Positions 49,468 to 60,700 of a stretch of DNA of 64,000 nt are shown here, piece after piece. Position numbers and translations under genes: made by a program. The stretch is from the NCBI GenBank assembly GCA_021513695.1, contig CP084166.1, positions 416,001 through 480,000 of the forward strand, written 5' to 3'. Position 1 is the stretch's first letter. Each line of letters starts with the position of its first letter. This DNA comes from Candidatus Heimdallarchaeum aukensis (GTDB lineage: Archaea; Asgardarchaeota; Heimdallarchaeia; Heimdallarchaeales; Heimdallarchaeaceae). The notes beneath the pieces were generated by a model. That model was not told the DNA's origin. It did no database searches and saw nothing but the letters and a program-made list of their open reading frames with translations.

Positions 49468-51202
49468 TCTCCTTTACTTTCTCTACTATTTGGCTCGGAA
49501 CAATAAGTTCTCCATCATATCTTCGCAAGTGATGCTTGATATCAAAAGCAGTTTGCATACAAATATACTGCTGCATCTGTCCAGAAAAGTTCTGTTCTAT
49601 AATCAAAACTTCTTTAGCATTCTCCAAAATTTCTTTAACTTTTTCTTTTTGGAAGGGGAGAATGTATTTTATGTGAAGATGATTACTTTTTATTCCTTCT
49701 TCTTCCAGAAGAATTCGAGCTTCTCTAACAATATTTATTGTTGAGCCCCAAGAAACAAGTGTTATATCTGCATCTTTGTCTCCTTCGAAAATAGGTTCTG
49801 GTATCTCTTTTGCTACTTGCTCCAGTTTTCTAGCTCTTTTTTCAACCATTGCATTTCTAATAGGTAGAGTATCAGGAAGACCTGCTAAAGTTGACGCAAT
49901 AGAAAAACCTTTTTCATTTCTTTCACTAGAACCTGTAAAGTGCATACCTTTGGGTGTTCCTGGAAGTGTTCTGGGTGAAACTCCACTTTCTGTAATTTTA
50001 TATCTGAGATAATTGTCATCCACTTTGTCTAGAATACCATATCTTTTTGTTTTGTGTTTTAAATTGAGTTTTCTAACTGTAGCTATTCCTTCTGATAAAT
50101 AGAGATCCATTAAAACTATTACTACCATTTGATATTTTTCAGCTAATTCTAAAGATTCTACACCCACGTTAAAAGCATCTTCCATATCATATGGAGCGAT
50201 TATAATCTTAGGAAAGTCTCCTTGACTTGCACCATAAGCTTGGAACAAATCAGCTTGTTCGGTTTTTGTTGCCATTCCAGTTGAAGGACCAGCACGCATG
50301 GAGTTGATTATAACCAAAGGAACTTCTTGAATGGCAGCCATCCCTACAATCTCTGTCATGAGAGCAAATCCTCCTCCAGAAGTCCCCGTAGCAGCTCGTG
50401 CACCACAATAAGAAGCTCCTACAGCCATTCCTACTGCTGCTATTTCATCTTCAGTTTGTTTAACGATAATTCCTAATTTAGGTAGATATCTTGTGAGATA
50501 ATGAATAATTGAAGTCGCTGGAGTCATGGGGTATCCAGAATAATATTTCAAGCCACCTGTTAAAAGACCTAAAGCTAAAGCTTCATTTCCAGTTATGACC
50601 ATCTGTTTTCCTTTTTCAAACTTAAGTTTTTTAGATACCTTTTCCCAGTTATTGCTTTTAGCAAATTCAATTCCTAAATCTAAAGCTTTATAGTTTATTT
50701 CTACTACTTCTTTTCCTTTGTAACCAAATTGCTCTTCTAAAACTTCTTTAATTAGTTCAGTATCTAAACCTAGTATATGTCCTAAAGCTCCAAAAACAAT
50801 AATGTTCTTAATTACAGAAAGCTTAGAAACTTGCTTTGCTAATTCTTTCATGGGTATGGGTAATTTCTCTATTTTGTCAGAAGTGTAACCCAACTCATCT
50901 AAATCAACATAGTCTTGATCATAAACTATCTTTGCATTATCGTTGACCCTAGGAAGGTGTAATGCTGCAACATGTTTATTGAGCAAAACAATTATGTCTG
51001 CTTCTTCACCAACAGAATAAACTTTCTCGTCGCTGAATCTTAACTGATATTCGTTATATCCTCCTCGAATAACAGATTGATAACTTCTAAATCCTACTAG
51101 ATTTAGATTGTGTTTTTTAATTATTTTAGCAAAAAGCCAACCTAAAGAGACCAAACCATCTCCAGCACTACCAACAAATCTCACTGTAATATCTTGATTC
51201 AT
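49451..51202 (-). CDS. 2-oxoacid:ferredoxin oxidoreductase alpha subunit (fused gamma plus alpha domains)
   Basis: 583 aa. N-terminal gamma-like VRFVGSAGDGLVS, followed by an alpha-subunit pyrimidine-binding domain (GYPMTPATS). It overlaps the beta gene by 17 nt, an archaeal alpha-beta type operon. Confidence 0.85.
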   Translation of the reverse strand: MNQDITVRFVGSAGDGLVSLGWLFAKIIKKHNLNLVGFRSYQSVIRGGYNEYQLRFSDEKVYSVGEEADIIVLLNKHVAALHLPRVNDNAKIVYDQDYVDLDELGYTSDKIEKLPIPMKELAKQVSKLSVIKNIIVFGALGHILGLDTELIKEVLEEQFGYKGKEVVEINYKALDLGIEFAKSNNWEKVSKKLKFEKGKQMVITGNEALALGLLTGGLKYYSGYPMTPATSIIHYLTRYLPKLGIIVKQTEDEIAAVGMAVGASYCGARAATGTSGGGFALMTEIVGMAAIQEVPLVIINSMRAGPSTGMATKTEQADLFQAYGASQGDFPKIIIAPYDMEDAFNVGVESLELAEKYQMVVIVLMDLYLSEGIATVRKLNLKHKTKRYGILDKVDDNYLRYKITESGVSPRTLPGTPKGMHFTGSSERNEKGFSIASTLAGLPDTLPIRNAMVEKRARKLEQVAKEIPEPIFEGDKDADITLVSWGSTINIVREARILLEEEGIKSNHLHIKYILPFQKEKVKEILENAKEVLIIEQNFSGQMQQYICMQTAFDIKHHLRRYDGELIVPSQIVEKVKEIVKNE

Positions 51203-51344
51203 ACACTTATTCGCTCTTCTAAGCTTCTAAGAGCACATAATTTAAAGAGATAAAAAATCTTGCTAAATGGATATGATTTATTTTAGATCAACATTTGTCA
51301 CTTAAAATTACTTAAAACTTAAGAACAATAATGCATATTTTCAT

Positions 51345-52313
51345 TTGGTGGTTTTTATTACAAATGAAAACACTTTTCGCACAGAAAAAGAAAATGAACT
51401 TGGTTTCGAACAATTTTTGATAAAAAAACCTTCAGTTTTTAGGTGGATAATAGTTTTCTTAATTACACTTGGTTCTAATTTACTTTGGGTAGCGCTTACA
51501 GAAATTCCACTAATGCTATTACTTTTTGTTGTAGGTGGGGTAATTACTATTTCAATCTTCTTTTGGTCTGTAACAGGTCAATGGAGTGTAAGAATACTAG
51601 TTCTAAAAAATATTGAACGTATATCGGTTGGAAAAATGGGTTTTTTTCTTAAATATTCTATGAAGTTCCTTGGAATGCATTTTGATAAAAATAATAAATA
51701 CTTTTTAGAACGAACAAGCTATTTTAGAGATTATAATAATATAAAAGAATTATTTTATGATAGACTTCTTGACCCTGTTTCTTCGTCACTTGGATTAGGT
51801 TTCTTAATAATAACTTTTGTCAAACCATTCATCACTACTGTTCCACAAGCAATGATTATAGCAAACTTCGTTCTTCTTACAACTCCATTACTGGCAGGTT
51901 TTATAATTCCATTCTATTGGATAATAAAAGATTCTAGAATAAGATACATAAATGAGAAAAACGACATTTTCAAAGCAGAAGAAAATATAAAGAAGAGTAC
52001 ACTTAACAAGTTTTTAGGTTTTTCAGGTTTTGTTGCAGGAATTAATTTCCTACTAGAAAGTTTGCCAGAACATCCAGCATTTGCTAAAGTTAACTCGACT
52101 TTGGTTTTATTCATACTTTCAGTAATCGTCCTTCTGTTCATAAGCTTGATAGTTGCAGGAATAAACCTTTTTGTAGCAACAGTATATCTAACAACAAAAC
52201 ATCAAAAATTAGTAAATGAATTAAGAAATAAAATTACAAATTTTATTCCTGTAGGAGAAACTAATGTTTTACTAAATGATGAAAGAAAATCAGAAGTTAA
52301 CTTTCAAAGATAG
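51345..52313 (+). CDS. Hypothetical polytopic membrane protein
   Basis: 322 aa with at least six TM helices. The true start may lie downstream of the annotated Met. Confidence 0.4.
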   Translation: MVVFITNENTFRTEKENELGFEQFLIKKPSVFRWIIVFLITLGSNLLWVALTEIPLMLLLFVVGGVITISIFFWSVTGQWSVRILVLKNIERISVGKMGFFLKYSMKFLGMHFDKNNKYFLERTSYFRDYNNIKELFYDRLLDPVSSSLGLGFLIITFVKPFITTVPQAMIIANFVLLTTPLLAGFIIPFYWIIKDSRIRYINEKNDIFKAEENIKKSTLNKFLGFSGFVAGINFLLESLPEHPAFAKVNSTLVLFILSVIVLLFISLIVAGINLFVATVYLTTKHQKLVNELRNKITNFIPVGETNVLLNDERKSEVNFQR

Positions 52314-52551
52314 TTTTTTTTTTATTTTTAATTTTGTTATGATCTTAGACAATTAAAATATTCTTTTAAACTTTCGTTACAATATTTGATGAATTTGGGA
52401 AATTTGTATATTCTAATCCAATTAAACAAGAGTAAATAATAAAATTGCAATGAAAATCAATTACAATTAACTTTTGTTTAATTAAAGCTAGAAAATAGAT
52501 TATAATTTGTAAAAGATTGTTTAGGAAGTCTAAATAAAAAAAGAAAGGAAA

Positions 52552-54459
52552 TTAGTAGATTTTTTTCAGTTGTTTAAGGAGAGGAGTATAGATATCATAC
52601 TCTTCTTTTAGATCTTTTGCTATTATTAGTTCTTTCAGATTCTGTGCAGATTGTAAAATAAAAGTGGGTGCAGTACTCTCAATTAATGGATATTGTTTTG
52701 ATTTATATCCTGCTAAAACAGTATTGTTCTTTAGGCAAATAGAAGCCAATAGTTTAATTTCCTCTTCTTCGTTTAGTTCTTCTCCTTTTTCAAATAACCA
52801 GTTTATAGAACCTTTTTCTGCTATACTGCCTACCCAGATTAATAGAAGATAATCATAGATATCGTTAGGAAAGCCTAAACTGTTGTATTTGTTAAAAACA
52901 GAGAATAAATTAGCAAATTGTTCTACTTCTTTATTATCTTTACTTACTATCATTATAGAGATAAGAAAATCTTTTTGAACATCTGTGAGAGTATCTAAAA
53001 GCTCTTTCTTTATCTTTAACAATTCATCTTTCTTCTCTTTAATTTCTTCATAACTTTCATTGTTTATTTTGTAATTTCCAATTATCTCATCAAGTTGTTT
53101 TTTCCTTTCTTCTTCTAAACCTTCTAAATCTTTTGTATAATTTTCAATAATCTCTTTTAGAGTTTCTTTAGCTTCTTCTACTTCTTTCTCTGTAACTTCT
53201 GCATTAGTGATGGTCTTTCCTTGCATTGCAGCTTTTGTCTGTTTTTGCCAACTAAGTGCGTCTTTTAAACTTTTATCGTTTAATAAAGAGTTGATCATCT
53301 TTGCAACTATGTATTTAATTTCAACGATGGAATTAGCATCTCTTGTAGCTATTGAAAGAAATAGGTGTAAAACATTAGGCATCAAATTATAAGGATCAAT
53401 TTGTTGATTTCCTCTCAATGCACTAAAATTAAAGTTAGATAATGCCCATTCATATAAAGAACTTCCAACGAAGTTTGAAGGGGGATTAAGGGCAGAAAAT
53501 ATAGGTAAAGAAGTATACATGTTACCTATTGACAATAAAACATTATGCCAACCAAAGGTCGAAGAATCAAATTCTTTAATTCTTATTTCTTTTCCAGAGA
53601 TAAGGTATTCTTCAGTCAAATAATAAATTAAATGTTTATTTAAGCTGACTGAAGATAGAGAATCTGCTTCATATTTGGTCTCATTACTGTTTAATACAGA
53701 TATTAGCTCTATATTGTTAAATAATTCTGCTTGATTAGCGTCATCAAGTATTTCTTTTATTGATTCTTGGTTTTCAGGGTATAATGCTTCTAGAATGTGG
53801 TATATCCAGTGAATAATGTAAGCATAAACATTCTCATTTTGTTTAAGCACTTTTCTCCATTCAAACCATTGTTTTAGTCTATTTAGATAGATTTCACTCA
53901 TCTTTTCAATATCTGAATCACTTAATTCTTTTGTTGAATAACGCAATGGAAAGATTGAAACAGGTTCCTTATTATTAAACAGCACTTCTTTAATGTCTTT
54001 AATTAGTGTGTTAATAATTAGTTCAAGATCCATAATTGCATAACGTGAGATTACTTTTGCTTCTTTAAAATAATCAAAAGAGCAGCTTCCATTTCTCAAG
54101 AAAATGGGTTCATGAATGTAACTAACAATTTTATCAAAGAATTCTTTCCCCTTTTCATCTAATTGAGCAATAAGTTCTGATACTTCTTGAAAGATATAGG
54201 CATTAAGAAAAGCGTTAAACGCTGTTCCAATAATTTTTGCATTTGAAGCATAACTCTTAATAATTTTATTAATCTCTGGACTATTCTTTTTTATTTTACT
54301 TAACTCAAAGTCATCTGGAATCTTAACTAGTTCTTTATTACTATCTCGTGGCCTAAGAAATTTTCCTTCACTTTGAAAGACAAGTAGTTTGTTCTTTGTA
54401 TCCAAACCAAAAATAACTTCCTTGTCTAGCAATTTTCCTTCAAAAATTTTTATATCCAT
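52552..54459 (-). CDS. Hypothetical cytoplasmic protein, 635 aa
   Basis: Long uninterrupted ORF with normal composition and a central coiled-coil stretch (EEAKETLKEIIENYTKDLEGLEEERKKQL). No recognisable family motif. Confidence 0.4.
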   Translation of the reverse strand: MDIKIFEGKLLDKEVIFGLDTKNKLLVFQSEGKFLRPRDSNKELVKIPDDFELSKIKKNSPEINKIIKSYASNAKIIGTAFNAFLNAYIFQEVSELIAQLDEKGKEFFDKIVSYIHEPIFLRNGSCSFDYFKEAKVISRYAIMDLELIINTLIKDIKEVLFNNKEPVSIFPLRYSTKELSDSDIEKMSEIYLNRLKQWFEWRKVLKQNENVYAYIIHWIYHILEALYPENQESIKEILDDANQAELFNNIELISVLNSNETKYEADSLSSVSLNKHLIYYLTEEYLISGKEIRIKEFDSSTFGWHNVLLSIGNMYTSLPIFSALNPPSNFVGSSLYEWALSNFNFSALRGNQQIDPYNLMPNVLHLFLSIATRDANSIVEIKYIVAKMINSLLNDKSLKDALSWQKQTKAAMQGKTITNAEVTEKEVEEAKETLKEIIENYTKDLEGLEEERKKQLDEIIGNYKINNESYEEIKEKKDELLKIKKELLDTLTDVQKDFLISIMIVSKDNKEVEQFANLFSVFNKYNSLGFPNDIYDYLLLIWVGSIAEKGSINWLFEKGEELNEEEEIKLLASICLKNNTVLAGYKSKQYPLIESTAPTFILQSAQNLKELIIAKDLKEEYDIYTPLLKQLKKIY

Positions 54460-54639
54460 TTTTTTCCCCTTTTCTCGCTATTAATGAACATTTTGCAAAG
54501 TTTTTATTTGTTTGCTTGTATGACATACAATTTTAACTTCAAATAATAATTCTAAATGTTAATTTAAATTAGGTCCCTTTAAAAAATCTTAAAAAATAAA
54601 TAAGTTATTCATATTATCGATTATACAGAGAATCTAGAA

Positions 54640-55938
54640 ATGAATAAAGTAAATTATCTTTCAGAGAAAGGAATGTTCATCGAAAAAAATGTTAATCTTT
54701 CAGCAGGAACTCTTGCTTGGGGAAGTAAGGCAAGACAAAGAGCTAAAGAAGTTAAGGATTTTATAGACGCAACAATTGGCTCGGCAAAAAGTGATGAAGG
54801 AAAGTTATTTGCTTTTAAAACCTTTGAAGAGGAATTAAAAGGGTTACCAGCAGATAAAATGTTTGGTTATGCAAACGTTAGAGGACAAAAAAGATTTACA
54901 AGAGCTTGGATGGAAGATACATTAGAAACCTTTCCAAGTGAATATAGAGAAAAATCTCGTTTATTATCAACAGAACCTATAACAACTTGCGGCGGGATTA
55001 CAGGAGGATTAACTATTGCAGGTCAACTCTTTTTCGATAAAACAGATAATTTACTTGTTCCTAATTCAAGATGGAGTAATGTAGATAATTGTTTCTTCAA
55101 AAACCAACAGATAACAGAATTAAATTATAATCTGATTGACATAGAAGGAAATCTATCTTTTGATGACCTTATAGAGAAAATTAAACTTCTAGAAAAAGAA
55201 AATAAAAAAATTGGTATATACTTTAATTTTCCAAACAATCCCAGTGGTATAAGCCCCACTTTATCACAAATAAAAGAAATTCAAGAAACTTTAGAAGAAG
55301 TAAAAGTTCCAACAGTAATTATTTTAGACGATGCTTATGAAGGATATGTCTATTCTGATGATGTTTTAGATCATTCGATTTACCCTTATTTAATCGGGCT
55401 AAATGAGAATGTCCTAACAATTAAAGTAGACGGTATGAGTAAAAGATATTCTGCTTATGGAGTAAGATTAGGTACAATTATGCTAGGTTTTGGAAAAGAA
55501 GTTGATGAGAAAGAAAAAGAAGATTATCGCGAGCTGATAGCTAAAGGTGCAAGGTCTTTAACTTCTAGTTCTCCAAGAGGTCCTCAAGAAGCTTTTGCCA
55601 ACATTTCAGAAGACAAAAAGAAGAAAGAACAACTGAAAAAAGAAAAAGAAGAATTAAAGAATCTATTAAAAGAGAGGTATTTAGAGATAAAAGCTTTAAT
55701 AAAAGATAAAGAGCATGATACTATTCACCCTGTCGACTTTAATAGTGGTTTCTTCGGTTATTGGATAATTAAGAACGATCTTCTATCATTCGATTTAGGA
55801 GAAAAGTTGTTAGAAAGAGGTTTAGGAACTGTACCATTTTACAACAATACAACAGGATTAAATGGTATAAGATTAGCTTTTTGCTCAATAAAAAGAGATG
55901 ATCTCGAAAAAGCAATTGATATTCTTTATTCAATCTAA
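54640..55938 (+). CDS. PLP-dependent aminotransferase, class I/II fold
   Basis: 432 aa. NFPNNPSGISPT (N-x-P-x-N-P-T/S-G) and a Schiff-base Lys region KVDGMSKRYSAYGVRLG (SKxxxxxGxRxG). It contains an unusual K/E-rich coiled-coil insertion. Confidence 0.65.
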   Translation: MNKVNYLSEKGMFIEKNVNLSAGTLAWGSKARQRAKEVKDFIDATIGSAKSDEGKLFAFKTFEEELKGLPADKMFGYANVRGQKRFTRAWMEDTLETFPSEYREKSRLLSTEPITTCGGITGGLTIAGQLFFDKTDNLLVPNSRWSNVDNCFFKNQQITELNYNLIDIEGNLSFDDLIEKIKLLEKENKKIGIYFNFPNNPSGISPTLSQIKEIQETLEEVKVPTVIILDDAYEGYVYSDDVLDHSIYPYLIGLNENVLTIKVDGMSKRYSAYGVRLGTIMLGFGKEVDEKEKEDYRELIAKGARSLTSSSPRGPQEAFANISEDKKKKEQLKKEKEELKNLLKERYLEIKALIKDKEHDTIHPVDFNSGFFGYWIIKNDLLSFDLGEKLLERGLGTVPFYNNTTGLNGIRLAFCSIKRDDLEKAIDILYSI

Positions 55939-56111
55939 CTCTTTTCTTTTTTTTAATTTCTTTTTCACTTTTCTACTTTTCCACTTTTAAAAAAAGATAG
56001 TTGTTGACCAAATAAGTAATTTATTACCCAATAGAACAAATTTAAGATGAGTCAATATTCTATTTAATTTTAGAAAAAATTTATAAAATAGCTATTAAAC
56101 AAAAAGTTGAA

Positions 56112-57629
56112 ATGAATTTGCTAAAAACTGTAGTAAAAATAACTCCTGTCTCAATATTGCGTAAAGTTCAATCATTTTCACTAAAAAAACCTAGCAGAAT
56201 TAAATTTTTATTCAAAGTTTCTAATGAAGAAGCTTTAGTCGAGATAGGAAAAAAACTGGCTTATAATAATTTCAAAAAAGTATCAAAGAATACACCCGCT
56301 TACAAGAAGTTCTTGGAGAGTAATGGAGTCAATGCAAAGAAAGTTAATAGCTTTGAAAAATTTATTGAAATTGTTCCTACAACAGACAAAAACAACTATA
56401 TTGCTAAATATCCGATGGATGAACTCTGTATCAACGGAGACCTTTCTCCACTAGCAATAATTGACAGAAGCTCAGGATATTCGGGTAAATCCATTTACTT
56501 TCCGATATCCAAAAAAGAAAACCTCTTTGATGAACTAGTAATGGCAAATTGGTTTAAAACACAATTCAATATCTCAACTAAAGATTTACTCATAAATTGT
56601 TTCTTTTTAGGTTCATGGGTAGCAGGAATAAAGATAGGAAACTCAGCTAGAATGATAGGAACTACAATAAATACAGGACCTCGTTTAGATGAAATTGTAG
56701 AAACAATATTCGATCTCGATAGATACTATGAAAGAATAATTATTTTATCCTATCCGCCCTTTGCAATGATGCTTGTTTACAAACTAATAGAAGCAGGATA
56801 TGACTTTGAAGGTAAAAACTTCTTGTTTTTGGTAGGAGGAGAAGGATATAATCTGGAGTTCAAACAAAAATTGCAAGAACTTACAAAAAACAGTAGCGAA
56901 ATTTTTGGAGCTTTTGGTAGTACTGAAACAGGAATAAGAATCGGAAATGAAACAGCTGATACACACATGCTTAAACAAATGGCTGCATCAAACAAGGAAT
57001 TCTGCAAGAAAATGTTTGGAAAAGAATTCCCACCAAATATCTTTCAATATGACCCAACAAATGTTCATTTATTCACAAAGAAATATAAAAACGGAAAAGA
57101 CGCTCTGGTTTTCACTTCAGCATCTAAAAGAGCAGTTCCTGTAATTAAATATAACCTAAAAGATGAAGGAGGAGTACTAACACAAAAAGAAGTAAAGAAA
57201 ATAATAAAAGAAGTATTTAACATGGATTTCAATTTTAAACTACCTTTACCAATCTTTTATGTTTATGGAAGAGTAGATGATACAATATCCATAGCAAGTG
57301 CAATATTCTATCCTCATCAAATAAAATCAGGACTGTTGGAGTTCATGGATAATGTAATAGATTACAGATTGGAATCAAAAACAACAGATACAGGAGTAAT
57401 CTATCCTGCAGTTCATGTAGCGGTAAAAGATAAAAGAAAAGCTTCCAAAAAGAAAATAGAAGAAAGTATTTACAAAACGTTACTAAAATACAGTAGCACC
57501 TACTCAGAATCAATAAAAGAAGGAATTGCAGATAGACCTATAGTTTTCCTATACACAGAAAAAGACTTCCCTTTTGAACTAAACGAAATAACAAAAAATC
57601 AAGTAAAAGAAAAACATTTAGTAAATTAA
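56112..57629 (+). CDS. GH3-like / ANL-superfamily adenylate-forming enzyme (acyl-amido synthetase or F390-synthetase-like)
   Basis: 505 aa. RSSGYSGKSIYFP resembles the GH3 motif T-S-S-G-T-S-x-G-x-x-K-x-x-P. FGSTETG resembles the second adenylation motif (Y-G-S-T/S-E). Confidence 0.5.
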   Translation: MNLLKTVVKITPVSILRKVQSFSLKKPSRIKFLFKVSNEEALVEIGKKLAYNNFKKVSKNTPAYKKFLESNGVNAKKVNSFEKFIEIVPTTDKNNYIAKYPMDELCINGDLSPLAIIDRSSGYSGKSIYFPISKKENLFDELVMANWFKTQFNISTKDLLINCFFLGSWVAGIKIGNSARMIGTTINTGPRLDEIVETIFDLDRYYERIIILSYPPFAMMLVYKLIEAGYDFEGKNFLFLVGGEGYNLEFKQKLQELTKNSSEIFGAFGSTETGIRIGNETADTHMLKQMAASNKEFCKKMFGKEFPPNIFQYDPTNVHLFTKKYKNGKDALVFTSASKRAVPVIKYNLKDEGGVLTQKEVKKIIKEVFNMDFNFKLPLPIFYVYGRVDDTISIASAIFYPHQIKSGLLEFMDNVIDYRLESKTTDTGVIYPAVHVAVKDKRKASKKKIEESIYKTLLKYSSTYSESIKEGIADRPIVFLYTEKDFPFELNEITKNQVKEKHLVN

Positions 57630-57795
57630 CAAACCCTTTTTTCTTTTTATTGATAAACAACTTTCTACCTTGCGTAAATAGTTTAGTTTATTTATAGAGA
57701 ATTGAAATAAAACAGAACTAAACATCATAAAAAGTTTTATCAAAAAATGAAATCGTGTTTTAAAATTTAAAAATAAAGAAAAAAAGAAATTTTCA

Positions 57796-60700
57796 TTATT
57801 CTTTCTTCTTACCTTCACCTATAATTTCCCAATCACGATATTGGCTAAGTAAACGGTCAATCTCATTATCAATATCAATAGTTTCTTTTCTTACAAAAGA
57901 TTGCTCAAGTTCATAATATTCACCAATATCAGGGTTAGCTTGTAGGATATCTTTGAGATACTCTTCAACAACAGATTTAGAAAGACCGCTAAGTTCAGAA
58001 ATTCGTTGCAAAGTAACAGAAATATTAGGTTTGAATTGGTTAAGCAAGTTAATGAGAGTTTTATAATCTTCTTCTCTCTTCAATGCTTTCATGTACTCAG
58101 ATTTAGTTTTATAGCCTTGAGCAGAGATTTCTTCCCACTCAGACTTAGTTTTAAAACCTAACTTCATTGCTGTATACATTTCTTTGATAGAAGAAAAACC
58201 AAAAGAAGAAGCTCTTTTACGAAGATAAAGTCTAATTCCTATAAAAGTCAAAAAAGCAACAGCACCAGTAACAATGACAGCACCTGTAACTATTGAAATA
58301 ATTGTGAGTATTCTTTTAACTTTCAATTTGTGTTCTAAATTCGATTTAGGATTGAGAGGATCAAAACCGTTTTCTATTTCTTTACCATCATTTTCTCCAT
58401 CTCCATCAGTGTCAGAATTGTTAGGGTCTGTTCTATAAATCTTTACTTCTTCATAATCAGTTAATCCATCACTATCAGAATCACTACTTGTGGGGTTAGT
58501 AAAATATTCTTTAATCTCTTCATAATCAGTTAATCCATCATTATCTGTATCAGTACTATTAGCAAACGTACCAACATTAAATTCTTCAAGATTGGTTAAA
58601 CCATCACCGTCTAAATCAGAGTTGGAATCATCTGTTAATGGGTCTAATCCAGAATGAACTTCATAACCATCAGGCATACCATCTTCGTCAGTGTCAGAGT
58701 TGTTAGCGAAAGTGCCAAGAGTATATTCCTCAAAATTAGATAAATTATCGTTATCGAAATCAGAATTACTATCATTAACAATTGCGTTTGTACCTGTTTG
58801 AACTTCCCACAAATCATCCATCAAGTCACCATCAGTATCAGTACTATTAGCAAACGTACCAACATTAAATTCTTCAAGATTGGTTAAACCATCACCGTCT
58901 AAATCAGAGTTGGAATCATCTGTTAATGGGTCTAATCCAGAATGAACTTCATAACCATCAGGCATACCATCTTCGTCAGTGTCAGAGTTGTTAGCGAAAG
59001 TGCCAAGAGTATATTCCTCAAAATTAGATAAATTATCGTTATCGAAATCAGAATTACTATCATTAACAATTGCGTTTGTACCTGTTTGAACTTCCCACAA
59101 ATCATCCATCAAGTCACCATCAGTATCAGTACTATTAGCAAACGTACCAACATTAAATTCTTCAAGATTGGTTAAACCATCACCGTCTAAATCAGAGTTG
59201 GAATCATCTGTTAATGGGTCTAATCCAGAATGAACTTCATAACCATCAGGCATACCATCTTCGTCAGTGTCAGAAACCAAAGGATCAGTACCGTAAGTGT
59301 TAACCTCTTCTCCATCAGTTAAACCATCACTGTCAGTGTTAGAAGTAGTAGGATCAGTTGAATAAACATTGATTTCACTAAAATCATCTAATCCATCACT
59401 ATCAGTATCAGAAGTAGTAGGATCAGTTGAATAATTTACTACTTCATCAAAATCATCCAATCCATCACTGTCAGTATCAACCTTACTCATATCTGTCCCT
59501 AAAATCTCCTCCTCATGGTCAAACAATCCATCATTATCAGTATCTAAATATTCCCCTGTCCTTTGATTGTTAACCGAATCAGTATAGAGTGGAGCATATC
59601 CAAGGCCAATAGAATTCCAAATAGATACTCCCATGTTGGAAACATCACCGTACCCGGCAAGTATTTCTAAGGAAGAATCGTTATCGACATCAGCAACAGC
59701 TAAAGACCAAAAAGTACCACTTGTCGTTTTTGGCCAACCAGGAACAACAGTACCATCACTATTCCAAATAACCACTCCACCACCAAAGTCAATACGATAC
59801 CCGGCAATTATCTCAAGTGCTGAATCGTTATCGACATCTGCAATAGTTAAAGAATGAACTTCACCACTTGTTTCACTTGTTGTTTGTGGCCAACCAGGAA
59901 CAACAGTACCATCACTATTCCAAATAATTACGCCACCACTGTAGTATTCACCGTACCCAGCAATTATTTCTAATGTTGAATCATCATCAACATCTGCAAC
60001 AGCTAAAGAATAAACATAACCACTTGTTGTTTTTGGCCAACCAGCAACAACACTACCATCACTATTCCAAATAACTACTCCACCACCATATCCTGCAATT
60101 ATTTCTAATGTTAAATCATCATCAACATCTGCAACAGCTAAAGAACGAACATCATCACTTGTTTTTGGCCAACCAGGAACAACAGTACCATCACTATTCC
60201 AAATAATTACTCCACCACCATATCCTGCAATTATTTCTAATGTTGAATCATCATCAACATCTGCAACAGCTAAAGAATAAACATAACCACTTGTTGTTTT
60301 TGGCCAACCAGCAACAACACTACCATCACTATTCCAAATAACTACTCCACCATAACCAGCATCACGATATCCTGCAATTATTTCTAGTTCTGAATCACCA
60401 TCAACATCAGCAAGAGCTAAAGAATAAACATAACCACTTGTTGTTTTTGGCCAACCAGCAACAACACTACCATCACTATTCCAAATAACTACTCCACCAT
60501 CATCAACATATCCTCCTCCTGCGACTATCTCGAGTTTTAAATCACCATCAACATCAGCAAGAGCTAAAGAATAAACATCTCCGCTTGTAGTTTTAGGCCA
60601 ACCAGGAATAACAGTACCATCACTATTCCAAATAACTACTCCACCATAATACCCTGCAAGTATTTCTAGTTCTGAATCACCGTCCACATCTCCAACAGCT

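Noticed and set aside
58537-59275. Possible CRISPR-like direct repeats
   Set aside because: The units are 288 bp long and contiguous with no unique spacers. They are in frame within a coding sequence. These are coding tandem repeats, not a CRISPR array. The same applies to 47597..48360.
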